From the IMG/VR virus record IMGVR_UViG_3300012663_000759, positions 4,772 to 68,771 of that record: 64,000 nt of DNA. The stretch is one strand, 5' to 3'. Source of the DNA: a virus. Positions 21,701-27,692 of the stretch are shown here, piece after piece. The position numbers were made by a program, and so were the translations under genes. The first letter of the stretch is position 1, and each line of letters opens with the position of its first letter. The notes beneath the pieces were generated by a model, which worked only from the letters and a program-made list of their open reading frames with translations, was not told where the DNA came from and searched no databases.

Positions 21701-22357
21701 GATGTACTACCTCCGCCGACTAGCACACATCCGGGAATAATTTTGATTGCAGGAGAAAGAATTGAATATTTAGAAAAAGTAGGAAACGTACTCTCAAATA
21801 TTAAACGTGCTACATTAGGTACTGGAGCAAAAGATTATTACGGAATAGGAACTTGGGTTATTGATCAAGGAAAAAGACAAACTATTCCAGTTCAGCAATC
21901 TATTAATTCATTATCAGTTTATTCTGCAAGTGATACAGTTGCTATTCCGGGCACAGCCTTTATCTTAATTCCTACAGCACAATTCCATGATCAACTAGAA
22001 GTATATTATGGCGGTAGACTATTAGAAAAACCAACAGCTCCTGGAGTTAATAGATATTATCATGATGCATCTTTATCGTACGATCCTGTAAATACATCTA
22101 TACTTGACCCAGAATTTACTATAACAGCAGACGGATCTGATTACGTATTAAATTTGAATTTTACTCCATCTGATCAGATAGAGATTAAAATGATTCAGAA
22201 AACTGAAGTTTCAGAAAACTTGCAACTTTTAACAAGAGATGGTGCAAAAGAAGCGATCCTGCCAGACAACTTATATTATGGCGGTGACCAATTGCTTCGT
22301 TTAGATGATGGTACAATACTAACATTAGACGATGGACGAGAATTAAAAGGATTTTAA
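9704..22357 (+). CDS. Giant (4217 aa) multidomain baseplate/tail structural protein, probably gp7-like plus adhesin domains
   Basis: Follows the gp6-like gene. Contains ChtBD/CBM5-12-like WxxxxxYxxGxxVxY modules, FG-GAP-like LxVGAP/VSAP repeats and VxxxGxGYxxxPxV repeats. Confidence 0.65.
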   Translation: MANNRKSLDLLPAFFRTERNNKFLSSTLDQLTSPPELTRIDAFVGSKNTPNYNSSDLYIQESNPIREAYQLEPALVVRTLTGEIKKAFALDDLLNQVSMQGGNSSNLNRSFSPKFYSYDPNIDWDKFINFREYYWLPLGPDAVPVSGSVRSTVTEISVTDATDDVQFLFDDLTPTKQLTLYRGTTYVFNVKSKHNFYIKNTTTIGPLDQYGLGITNNGTNNGQITFVVDWQVPNRLYYTSNDNQYSTGMIVIKEASENSSINVEEEILGKQNYTSGNNVKFINGLKISFTGSVFPEKYRDTQYIIEGVGHSIKLIKFADLDTPDSIADLYNARFDGTNFDDFPFDNFKNIPLVPEYITINRASTDLNPWSRYNRWIHSDVIRAVANINNTPAIYPNEYRAQRPIVEFQPDLQLYNFGSTSIPNVALVDNTITDVFYKIENQLGFYIDNVLLEEGYRVIFNADVDPLVRGKIFKVHFAIVNGVQKIDLIPEEDVIVPGSVALITQGTLHGGSSWYFDGTMWIEGQKRTYRNQPPLFDLFDKDGYSYSGSNYASNFKGNKIFGYGIGSGSKDTVLGFPLLYRNVGVEGTYLFKNYFAIDEFLIVSNTVTKVVTTAQTFFKKSGNLINSWVDAEDYEVPNTSGIFEVPVNVTNNPLNGPIAEFTLTELSDHVQSMIARSPEFEGVFPGVGNIKDIFNISRYGTRLISNVNPAGFAHHFITDKENNLIDATRLVGEHYAQFRLNLIKFISTYDQSASPADALDSVLQLINQNKTTTFPYYYSDMLPAGTGAIIRNYKVTDSRNVKYGLPDTIDITTLSNRGLLVYLNDIQLLINIDYTLDKYDANVEILTPLVRGDNITVKFYSNTTGVFVPPTPTKLGLYPKFEPKLYLDGSFSKDAKYVIQGHDGSVTIAFGDYRDQVLLEYEKRVFNNIKVEYRQDLLDITTVMPGVFRTPEFSYAELINPIHSDFLKWKTTYGVDADTNLTFNIDQHKSYNYSNVVLPDGRKLPGNWRAIFKMYFDTDRPHTHPWEMLGFYIKPSWWEDTYGPAPYTSGNNILWEDLENGFIRNGSRTGIDTIYARPGLSNYIPVDDNGDLLEIRFWGILGEQGSLTNADGSWKFGDSGPAESAWRRSVYWPFAVQIMMAAAKPVLYSATLFDTSRFIKNVAGHYVYSEDNLFLSQSRVLVPYSIVNDQPVLTSGYSVFVVEAGLIKTSNYIDQLKVELTNSTFNLMNKVGGFVSKDKLEIVIDSVNPNSINPGILLPAEDFAIHFNVSNPVDTVNISGIIIQKYKGEFVLRGYDKTHPVFTIYKPIPQNSDISITVGGISEDYVSWSTNVFYSVGQVVYYDNIFYRSTNNHNSGLSFKSTNYSKLLELPIVNATTVQYSSVYDSTPIDIQYGASYRTLQEVSDVIAGYGKYLSSKGFIFDGYDADLGENLDWKLTIKEFIYWATQNWADNSVITLSPFANTLKFKFQYSVLDDIFSSFYNYSILKSDGYGFPQNELSISRADGTCTISSKNKTEGIFFASLRLVQKEHALIFNNYSRFSDTIYDIETGYRQRRIKLIGFRTANWNGDFFSPGFIYDSATIQTWKSYEDYLAGDIVEYAGNYYSLDRNLPGKEKFDFTNWVKLGSKPVAQLIPNFEYKINQFEDFYSLDIDNFDVSQQQLAQHLTGYSSRIYLNNIFFNSIAQYKFFQGFIKEKGTKNALDKLARASVHNLQGKINFNEEWAFRIGSFGAYSSLTEIEFPLAEYKFVDNSQIIKFVDDAPVIEYDPTAYITPADLTITPNDYLPGSTFLTTFNPYNITPFSLPVAGYARLDDVDYSVKDKSDLTNYVPGGLINVGDTFWIAYDDNNDWGVYRYARLNCAVISVSDDIPRTTMMFETNRYHGLVVGDIIAVSRFSTEVDGVYTIKEIPLLNQFIVSTTKAAPANYNDFGSLFRFLPSRFSKFDDLADAILPDNFITGKKVWIDSNESGRWEVYEKINNYTSSILPNGIIENLPGYGSSIVSKETSTLVLISAPNSSDNNNVGRVFVCRNNDTGKLTPLFSYSINSAINQYYNNTGGSPALVGNGIDYDPDDTILVVGAPYASEVKSDPSGITRFVKEENSPSGIANEGMIVISTILPNGISENLDLRLMVSSTEPSEDQLFGFSIFLGSTYRTEVDEVTGDTTNYKRLLVGAPGHNDGSGTVFSYDVIYTYSFDNLTTSLDVVATPTFDISPPGDPIDTGMRFGEKIVGNKTGTRILVSAPHDITNIGESDHGGHVLAYELNTDTDQYDQADSITWESPAPVDAGVTNDSEFAYDISIDDSGTFIFVSAPSTIDRVLERGKVFIYKWTSTGIAFHQLISNPSSTPGTKFGHSIEADAAGNIVTITSMGDNYFSGVTFDSGATTFDAEATIFGDLIRDVGTAYVYNRYQEKFVFSAELFDTSVKANSEYGWAVSTNRNAIYVSALNYEKVTGTKSGAVHVWNAIDPSINSWKLSRIQDDLVDVQKIKQVKTIDTFHNTVKDYVEIFDPIKGKIPVLADQELRYKTSFDPAVYNTGTERTIVIDNNTAWKSEHVGELWWDLSSVKYVWYEQGDVEYRKNNWGSIFPGCSIDVYEWVSSVHLPSVWADDADTQAGLAASISGRPKFILNTAYSVEQVYSPVTNLYTNIYYYWVSNSVIIPDRQGRAISASDVAGLISNPKLYDLKYIEPLSKNSLSITNVKDSLINERISLNIYSDEINNENNKHTEWLLLEEGSPHSLPNELLEKKMIDSLLGHDSLGNAVPDPILSDRQRYGIEIRPRQSMFKDRISALRNFVEYANSIFADNLITDYYSFDTLISQDLIPENSSGVFDVIVDDIDARNEIYVKSIQAKLSCSLVNGRITVVSIDNPGYGYGKLDPYTYGENGDVLTWRGPVVEIFNDSNGAKIETFIDLEGKIVSTIIVESGNGYLEAPDLYVRPFTVLVASDINSRGLWAAYSLLDNTWTKVQTQNYNTNLYWDRVDWLSKDFNPYRIITATVEQTYQLSEYILDVGDYIKVNNVGSGRYIILRKTNGTGGTFNSDFDVMYSQNGTIKINSKIWEYSLSQLGFDQVSPYDNTFFDQTPDVELEKIIYALRDDLFVGTLKVYWNKVFFACVKYALTEQKYLDWAFKTSFISVHNNAGILDQRPVYKFQDTQWYEDYLNEIKPYHTQIRNYQLVYNVVEPTQTFTTDFDLPLVYDKNSSKYISLSETNSNLLNTYPYKGWYSNRTLYVGSIVVDDQGLGYVGVPEVQIISSFNDTIVRSATATAILAGGKIIRVDVTDPGEGYTENPSVLIVGGGVSAGGTVARASARMANGKVRANTVGLKFDRIARSSQVGSKDVTDTFTANGVQTEFVLTWPATIDKTEIKLTINGIIVATSNFEVVEFTSNEFGYTKTYTKILLNYSPNKDSIVKVLYPKSINIYSAYDRISDYFDVVPKESPGANPNEKYAQLMKGMEYPGTEIVTEQFSYDYTWGSIPYGTAKWDQTGLLETDIDSIIDGGDITTSTSGVFSSASGISPSDIILDGDTFISPIRSYAPEELVPGETKESVGFSLFTRSSNGSAMVYTQFYNALAFQDQTITMSLTPPSVGSITLTYDKVLLAQFIDYTIDFSTNTIKLFGREFSGVVAITYVDIGGTGFISLDHAVTEGATSAVVFGNCLYDQVKSVYVTVDGARVYLPNSFVLQNIYYTLTPSSDTDQRAKVTVFGLGTEEKKTISAAFFTSPFKGFSEIYEQRIQDATGGDREITLIQPPGNLGPASANSIVEVNRRRITPPNTTYYEINDTQQTVFDISIKKIYPTNTFDKTTIVVYKNGITVPKEIYFIDDVNNQIVLPTNFTALGDVLAITALIDYEYVINGDKLLITNKVDLIPPNYVRILTFTNQDASLIRTEVYPANSSRLYKLSRPIVNDNFVWMSIGGKTLTSGIDFEILDDKITIQVDINVPYIDSDEAIITSFSENVAGKTTGIRIFRDVVGRTHYKTLSRNETTYLTEPLQLTDTEISVSNGDVLPPPTSTHPGIILIAGERIEYLEKVGNVLSNIKRATLGTGAKDYYGIGTWVIDQGKRQTIPVQQSINSLSVYSASDTVAIPGTAFILIPTAQFHDQLEVYYGGRLLEKPTAPGVNRYYHDASLSYDPVNTSILDPEFTITADGSDYVLNLNFTPSDQIEIKMIQKTEVSENLQLLTRDGAKEAILPDNLYYGGDQLLRLDDGTILTLDDGRELKGF

Positions 22358-22361
22358 TAAA

Positions 22362-23885
22362 ATGGCAACAACATCAATTTCTCAATTACCGAGAGTAACT
22401 AGTTTAGGAAACCAAAGTCTTCTACTTGTAGTAGAAAACGGAGTCTCTAAAGTAGTAACTTGGGGATTTATAAAAACAAACATTGTTGGGGCACAGGGTC
22501 CAATAGGAGGCCAAGGTTATAGCGGTAGTCAAGGCCCTCGAAGTTATGCAGGAAGTAGGGGATACTTTGGATCGGCTGGCTTTACAGGATCGATTGGATT
22601 TACAGGAAGCAAGGGGTCTGGCTTTACTGGAAGCTCTGGGTTTGTTGGATCTGCCAGTAATACTCCTGGATATTCGGGTAGTATCGGATTTTCGGGAAGT
22701 GCTGGATATCAAGGAAGAGACGGGTATGTTGGTAGTAAGGGCCCGCAAGGCGATCCTAATGGTTACGGCGGTTCTCGTGGAGTTGCTGGATTTACCGGAT
22801 CTGCAGGTATTGGATCAATAGGTGTTTGGGACGAAGATCTTTTTGTAGGAAATTTTGCGTCTCTTAATTTTGTCGGGGCATTGGTTACCGCGGCAAATCA
22901 AAATGGGTCAATTGCATCTGTTACTATTAGTGGCAGTGGCAGCGGCAACGGCTATACAGGCAGTAGAGGTAGCGTCGGGTTTCTTGGTTCTCGCGGAATA
23001 TTGGGATATACCGGAAGTGGTGGCGGTGGCGCTGCCGTTGATTTATCTAGTGTTTCTCAAAATATTGTTCCAGATGCAAGTGATATACGTGATTTAGGTA
23101 GCAACAATAATGTATGGCGCTATGGCTATTTTGCACAATTAAAAGCAATTGGAATAACAGATTATAACGGTAATTCTTTAGCAGGATCAAGGGGGTACGC
23201 AGGATCCTTTGGTTATGTTGGTAGCAGTCAGCCGTTAACTATTAGAGATGAAGGAGTTATAAGAACTACTTCGGCTAGCAGTATAAATTTTGTTGGCGCC
23301 ACAGTAGCGGCCACCAATTCTGGTAACGATGTTACAGTTACAATTAGTGGTGTAGCCAGCGGAAGCGCACTAACTGTAAGAGACGAAGGAACTGCTATAT
23401 CTACAGCAGTTACAAGCATTGATTTTGTTGGCGCCGGAGTAACTGCGGCAAATAACTCAAATGCAATCACAGTAACAATTCCGGGCGGATCTAGTTCCGG
23501 GTTATCGTCGAGAACAACTGTAACTGGAACAACCGCATCTATTCCTACAGGAAATAGTGCTAATCTTAATTTAACAGGATTTAAGTCTTATCTACTAATG
23601 AAAGTAGCAGTCTCAGCCGCCGCATGGGTTAGAATTTATAGTTCAGATGCCTATAGAACTTCAGATTCTACAAGGGCTCAAGGAAGTGATCCGTTACCTG
23701 GTGCAGGTGTTATTGCTGAAGTTATTACAGCAGGCAACATGACTACTATAATTTCTCCAGGAGCACTTGGATGGAATGATGACCCAATTAGTCCAGGATC
23801 TACAATATATCTTGCAGTCACTAATAATGGTGGTAGCACAACTACAATTAATATTGGATTAACAATCCTTCAACTAGAGGTATAA
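22362..23885 (+). CDS. Collagen-like tail fibre/whisker protein
   Basis: Gly-X-Y runs with G-[FY]-x-G-S-x periodicity, plus three DExx...NFVGAxVxA...VTIxG repeats. Confidence 0.7.
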   Translation: MATTSISQLPRVTSLGNQSLLLVVENGVSKVVTWGFIKTNIVGAQGPIGGQGYSGSQGPRSYAGSRGYFGSAGFTGSIGFTGSKGSGFTGSSGFVGSASNTPGYSGSIGFSGSAGYQGRDGYVGSKGPQGDPNGYGGSRGVAGFTGSAGIGSIGVWDEDLFVGNFASLNFVGALVTAANQNGSIASVTISGSGSGNGYTGSRGSVGFLGSRGILGYTGSGGGGAAVDLSSVSQNIVPDASDIRDLGSNNNVWRYGYFAQLKAIGITDYNGNSLAGSRGYAGSFGYVGSSQPLTIRDEGVIRTTSASSINFVGATVAATNSGNDVTVTISGVASGSALTVRDEGTAISTAVTSIDFVGAGVTAANNSNAITVTIPGGSSSGLSSRTTVTGTTASIPTGNSANLNLTGFKSYLLMKVAVSAAAWVRIYSSDAYRTSDSTRAQGSDPLPGAGVIAEVITAGNMTTIISPGALGWNDDPISPGSTIYLAVTNNGGSTTTINIGLTILQLEV

Positions 23886-23886
23886 T

Positions 23887-25554
23887 ATGTCTAATTTAAG
23901 AGAATATGTTATTACACTTCGTACACATGATGATTTAGATTCATTCTATGAAGATATGGAAACACTACGGCCTACCAAGTATGGATGTATGCCAGAACGT
24001 GCAGTTGAATGTTGCGATCGTCGACTAGTGAGCAGAAACACTCATTATTTGTTAACTGATGAAGAAGCAGAAACTCTTAAAAATGATTTAAGGATTGCCG
24101 GAGTGTCACCTTCAGCAAAAGAATTGGGTTTAGAGATAACTCCTCATTGGACCGAAACTTCAGCTAATTGGAATCGAGGTACAGACTCTACAGTTAACGC
24201 ACATAGGAATTGGGGATTATACAGATCCCAATTAGACTACAATTTGTATGATTGGGGAGCTGATCAAACTGCTTCTAAAAGTGCTACTGTATCTGTTAAC
24301 GCCAGCGGAAAAAATGTTGATGTTATTATTAATGATGGACATCTAAATCCAGACCATCCTGAGTTTGCAAAAAATTCTAATGGTACAGGGGGATCGAGAG
24401 TTATACAATTTAATTGGCTTAGTCTTAACCCCTTAGTAGACGGTACACCTGCAGGTGCAACGTATACATACACACCGTATATTGATCCAAATTACGGATC
24501 AAATTTGCGAACAACGGATAATGATCACGGATGTCATGTTGCCGGAACGAGTTGCGGTAATACGCAAGGTTGGGCACGTGATGCAAATATATATAATATA
24601 AATCCCTACTCAACAAATCAAAATTATATACCCGGTGATAAAATATTTGATTATATTAAAGTTTTTCATCAACAAAAAGCAATTAATCCTGCTACAGGTA
24701 GAAAAAATCCTACTATCTGTACCAACAGCTGGGGATATTCTAGAAACGGACTTATATCTAGCATTTCCTACATTAGTTATGGCGGAGAAATTATACAAGG
24801 ACCATTTACTCGAGAACAAGCAGGATTGTATGATTTGTTTAACGGATTTACAAATGGCTTTTACAGTGCTCCTCAAAGAGTATCTTATGTAGATGCTGAT
24901 ATAGAAGATTGTATTGCGGCCGGAATAATAATGGTTGGAGCCGCCGGAAATAGCTACCAAAAACAATTATTGCCAACAGATACATATTATAATTCGTTTA
25001 TAAAAGATCAGTTTCTAGCTTATAATACATATTATCTTCGAGGAGGCACTCCCGGAGCATCAATGATCACAGTGGGAGCAATGTCAGCAGACCAAACAGA
25101 ACCTAAGGCATCGTTTAGTAACTGTGGGCCAGCTATTGACATTTATGCCCCTGGCGAAAATATTCTTAGTTCAGTTAACAGTAATCTTAAAGGTGGCACG
25201 TATGATTCTAGAAACGATCAATATTTAATATGTAAGTATAATGGAACTAGTATGGCCTGCCCGCAAGTTGCAGGTCTATTGGCATGTGCGTTAGAAACAT
25301 ATCCAAATATGTCACATGCTGATGCACTACAATATTTGCTTGATAACTGTTTAACTGATCAGATGTTCGATCGGACTCCAGTTAATGCCGGTGACTACTA
25401 TTCTCTGCAAGGATCTCCAAATAGAATGCTACATTTTAAGCAGGAAAGACCTAGTGGAGGAAATGTTTACCCTAAGATAAACTGTAAAACTCGTCCTACA
25501 TCGGGGCAAATTTGGCCCCGCCCTAGAATATATAGATACGGGCCACAAAGTTAA
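23887..25554 (+). CDS. Subtilisin-family (S8) serine protease
   Basis: Catalytic motifs VDVIINDG (Asp), HGCHVAG (His), GAAGN (oxyanion Asn) and NGTSMACPQVAG (Ser); N-terminal propeptide-like region. Confidence 0.9.
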   Translation: MSNLREYVITLRTHDDLDSFYEDMETLRPTKYGCMPERAVECCDRRLVSRNTHYLLTDEEAETLKNDLRIAGVSPSAKELGLEITPHWTETSANWNRGTDSTVNAHRNWGLYRSQLDYNLYDWGADQTASKSATVSVNASGKNVDVIINDGHLNPDHPEFAKNSNGTGGSRVIQFNWLSLNPLVDGTPAGATYTYTPYIDPNYGSNLRTTDNDHGCHVAGTSCGNTQGWARDANIYNINPYSTNQNYIPGDKIFDYIKVFHQQKAINPATGRKNPTICTNSWGYSRNGLISSISYISYGGEIIQGPFTREQAGLYDLFNGFTNGFYSAPQRVSYVDADIEDCIAAGIIMVGAAGNSYQKQLLPTDTYYNSFIKDQFLAYNTYYLRGGTPGASMITVGAMSADQTEPKASFSNCGPAIDIYAPGENILSSVNSNLKGGTYDSRNDQYLICKYNGTSMACPQVAGLLACALETYPNMSHADALQYLLDNCLTDQMFDRTPVNAGDYYSLQGSPNRMLHFKQERPSGGNVYPKINCKTRPTSGQIWPRPRIYRYGPQS

Positions 25555-25557
25555 GGA

Positions 25558-25563
25558 TAAATA
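25558..25563 (+). promoter_or_regulatory. Late-promoter-like TAAATA
   Basis: Intergenic, 5 nt before the ATG at 25569. Confidence 0.55.
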
Positions 25564-25568
25564 TCATT

Positions 25569-26234
25569 ATGGAAAATATTGAGCAAAAACAAATGACTGA
25601 AATCCAAGAAAAACCAGCAAACGAACCGACCCCTAACGAGCACGGAACTGTTAGATTGCAGGGCCATATCAAAATATTTGATCCGGAAACTAAAGAAGTA
25701 TACATAGATAAGCGTAATGCAATCCATTATGAAAACTTTAGCGTTGCCCTAGCTAGTGGTGTAAGTAATCAAGAAACTGGAGTTATTGCCGAAATGGTAT
25801 TCGGCAATGGTGGCAGTCGAATTGACCCCACAGGAATTATTACATATCTAACTCCAAACGTATCGGGTGGGTCATCTTCCTTATATAATCAAACATATTA
25901 CAAAACTGTAGATGGTAGAAACCCTAATTCTAAAGATCCTACTAGAAATTTTATGGAAGTTCGCCATATCGCAGGTACCTATTACAGCGATATTTTAATT
26001 AGTTGCTTGTTAGACTTTGGAGAGCCATCAGGGCAACTAGCATTTGATAACGGAACCACTCCGGATAACGCATTTACATTTGATGAGTTAGGATTAAAAA
26101 GCTATAGTTCATCAGGTCCTAATACTGGACTATTATTAACACATGTTATATTCCACCCTGTTCAAAAATCCTTAAACAGGCTAATTCAAGTAGACTATAC
26201 TATAAGGGTACAGAGCTTATCTAGCGGAACATAA
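25569..26234 (+). CDS. Baseplate/tail-fibre attachment protein
   Basis: FTFDELGL...LLLTHVIFHPVQKS...IQVDYTI resembles tail-collar fibre/baseplate proteins; it precedes the fibre cluster. Confidence 0.55.
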   Translation: MENIEQKQMTEIQEKPANEPTPNEHGTVRLQGHIKIFDPETKEVYIDKRNAIHYENFSVALASGVSNQETGVIAEMVFGNGGSRIDPTGIITYLTPNVSGGSSSLYNQTYYKTVDGRNPNSKDPTRNFMEVRHIAGTYYSDILISCLLDFGEPSGQLAFDNGTTPDNAFTFDELGLKSYSSSGPNTGLLLTHVIFHPVQKSLNRLIQVDYTIRVQSLSSGT

Positions 26235-26236
26235 CA

Positions 26237-27688
26237 ATGCCATATACACTTCAATACTCTAATCCGGCAAAAAGCGCACTAATAGTTGCAGATGGCACTA
26301 TTAATAATTCTACTAGTCTGCATTTAGTTGGTAGAAATGCGGCAGGGTATGGGCAGTCTATTGCAGAAAATTTCTTACATTCTTTAGAAAATTTTGCTAG
26401 TGATACTTCACCTTCAAACCCTATTGAAGGACAATTGTGGTACAATACTAGTTACCCCACAAATAAAGTATTAAATGTTTATAACGGTGCAAACTGGGTT
26501 CCAGCTAACGGAGTATATCAACAATCAGATGAACCTGTTACTAAAAAAGCAGGAGACATTTGGGTTAAAACGTCTACGTCTAAGGTGTATATATGGAACA
26601 GTTCAGCCTGGATTTTAGTCGGTCCGGAAGTTACGTTAGGCGGAAAGAACGGTACCTATACTACAACATTACGTGATAGTTTAGGCGATTTGTCTATTGA
26701 TCATAGTGTAGTAATTACATATCTTAATGATGAAATCATAAGCATTGTATCTAGAGAAGAATTTATCCCTAATCCTGTAATTGCAGGATTTACAAAAATA
26801 TATCCCGGATTAAATGTAAGCACTAGTTCCTTCAACGGAACTCCTGCAAAAGTTATAGGACTTGCTAGTACCGCATTAAGTCTAAAACTTTCTGGAATAG
26901 TAGATCCTATATCGGCAGATAATTTTTTAAGATCCGATATACCTGGCACTATTTCTGGATTTCTTAACATTAACAATAATGGTGGTATTAGGATAGGAGC
27001 TATTGCACAAACTGTAGTTTTAGAAAAACAAGCAAATAATAATGCAGTACTATCAAATAGGGTTAGCGGAAGTACTATCGGTATTTCTATTGTTAAAGAC
27101 AACGCAGTAAATCAAATTATAACAGTAAACGGTAACACTCTTCGAGTAGGTATTAACAACCTTAGTCCTACTGTAGCTCTTGATGTTACTGGATCGGGTA
27201 AGTTTTCTGGAAAGCTAACAGTTAGTTCAACTGATATTGACTCAGTTATAGTAGCAGGAGGTGCTACTTTTACAAAAACAATCACTACAGATGGCGGAAT
27301 TACTGCTAGACAGGAATCGGCATTTAATAAAAAAATGGTTGTGGGATACGTAGGGTCGACTGGAACAGCAATTGAGCCTGGCGAACCAAATGCATGGGAC
27401 ATAGGAACAGCAGCCAAACCTTTCAAAACAATATATGCAACATCAATTAACAACGGATCAGTAACATCTTCTTTCGTTGTAACTGGGATGATAACTGCAT
27501 TTGGATCTAATTCCAACATTCCGGCTGGGTGGTTATTGTGTGATGGCGCTTCATATCTTAGATCGTCATATGCAAATTTATTCGCAGTTATAGGAGATGC
27601 ATACGGTGCTACATCCGGTAATCATTTTTCAGCGCCTACACTCGCTAGCCCCGGCAATCCGAATATTGTCTATATCATAAAGTATTAA
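26237..27688 (+). CDS. Tail fibre with a C-terminal tail-collar domain
   Basis: Shared N-terminal ENF...P..GQLWY domain; C-terminal GMITAF...IPAGWLLCDG..Y...YANLFAVIG collar motif. Confidence 0.75.
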   Translation: MPYTLQYSNPAKSALIVADGTINNSTSLHLVGRNAAGYGQSIAENFLHSLENFASDTSPSNPIEGQLWYNTSYPTNKVLNVYNGANWVPANGVYQQSDEPVTKKAGDIWVKTSTSKVYIWNSSAWILVGPEVTLGGKNGTYTTTLRDSLGDLSIDHSVVITYLNDEIISIVSREEFIPNPVIAGFTKIYPGLNVSTSSFNGTPAKVIGLASTALSLKLSGIVDPISADNFLRSDIPGTISGFLNINNNGGIRIGAIAQTVVLEKQANNNAVLSNRVSGSTIGISIVKDNAVNQIITVNGNTLRVGINNLSPTVALDVTGSGKFSGKLTVSSTDIDSVIVAGGATFTKTITTDGGITARQESAFNKKMVVGYVGSTGTAIEPGEPNAWDIGTAAKPFKTIYATSINNGSVTSSFVVTGMITAFGSNSNIPAGWLLCDGASYLRSSYANLFAVIGDAYGATSGNHFSAPTLASPGNPNIVYIIKY

Positions 27689-27692
27689 AACT

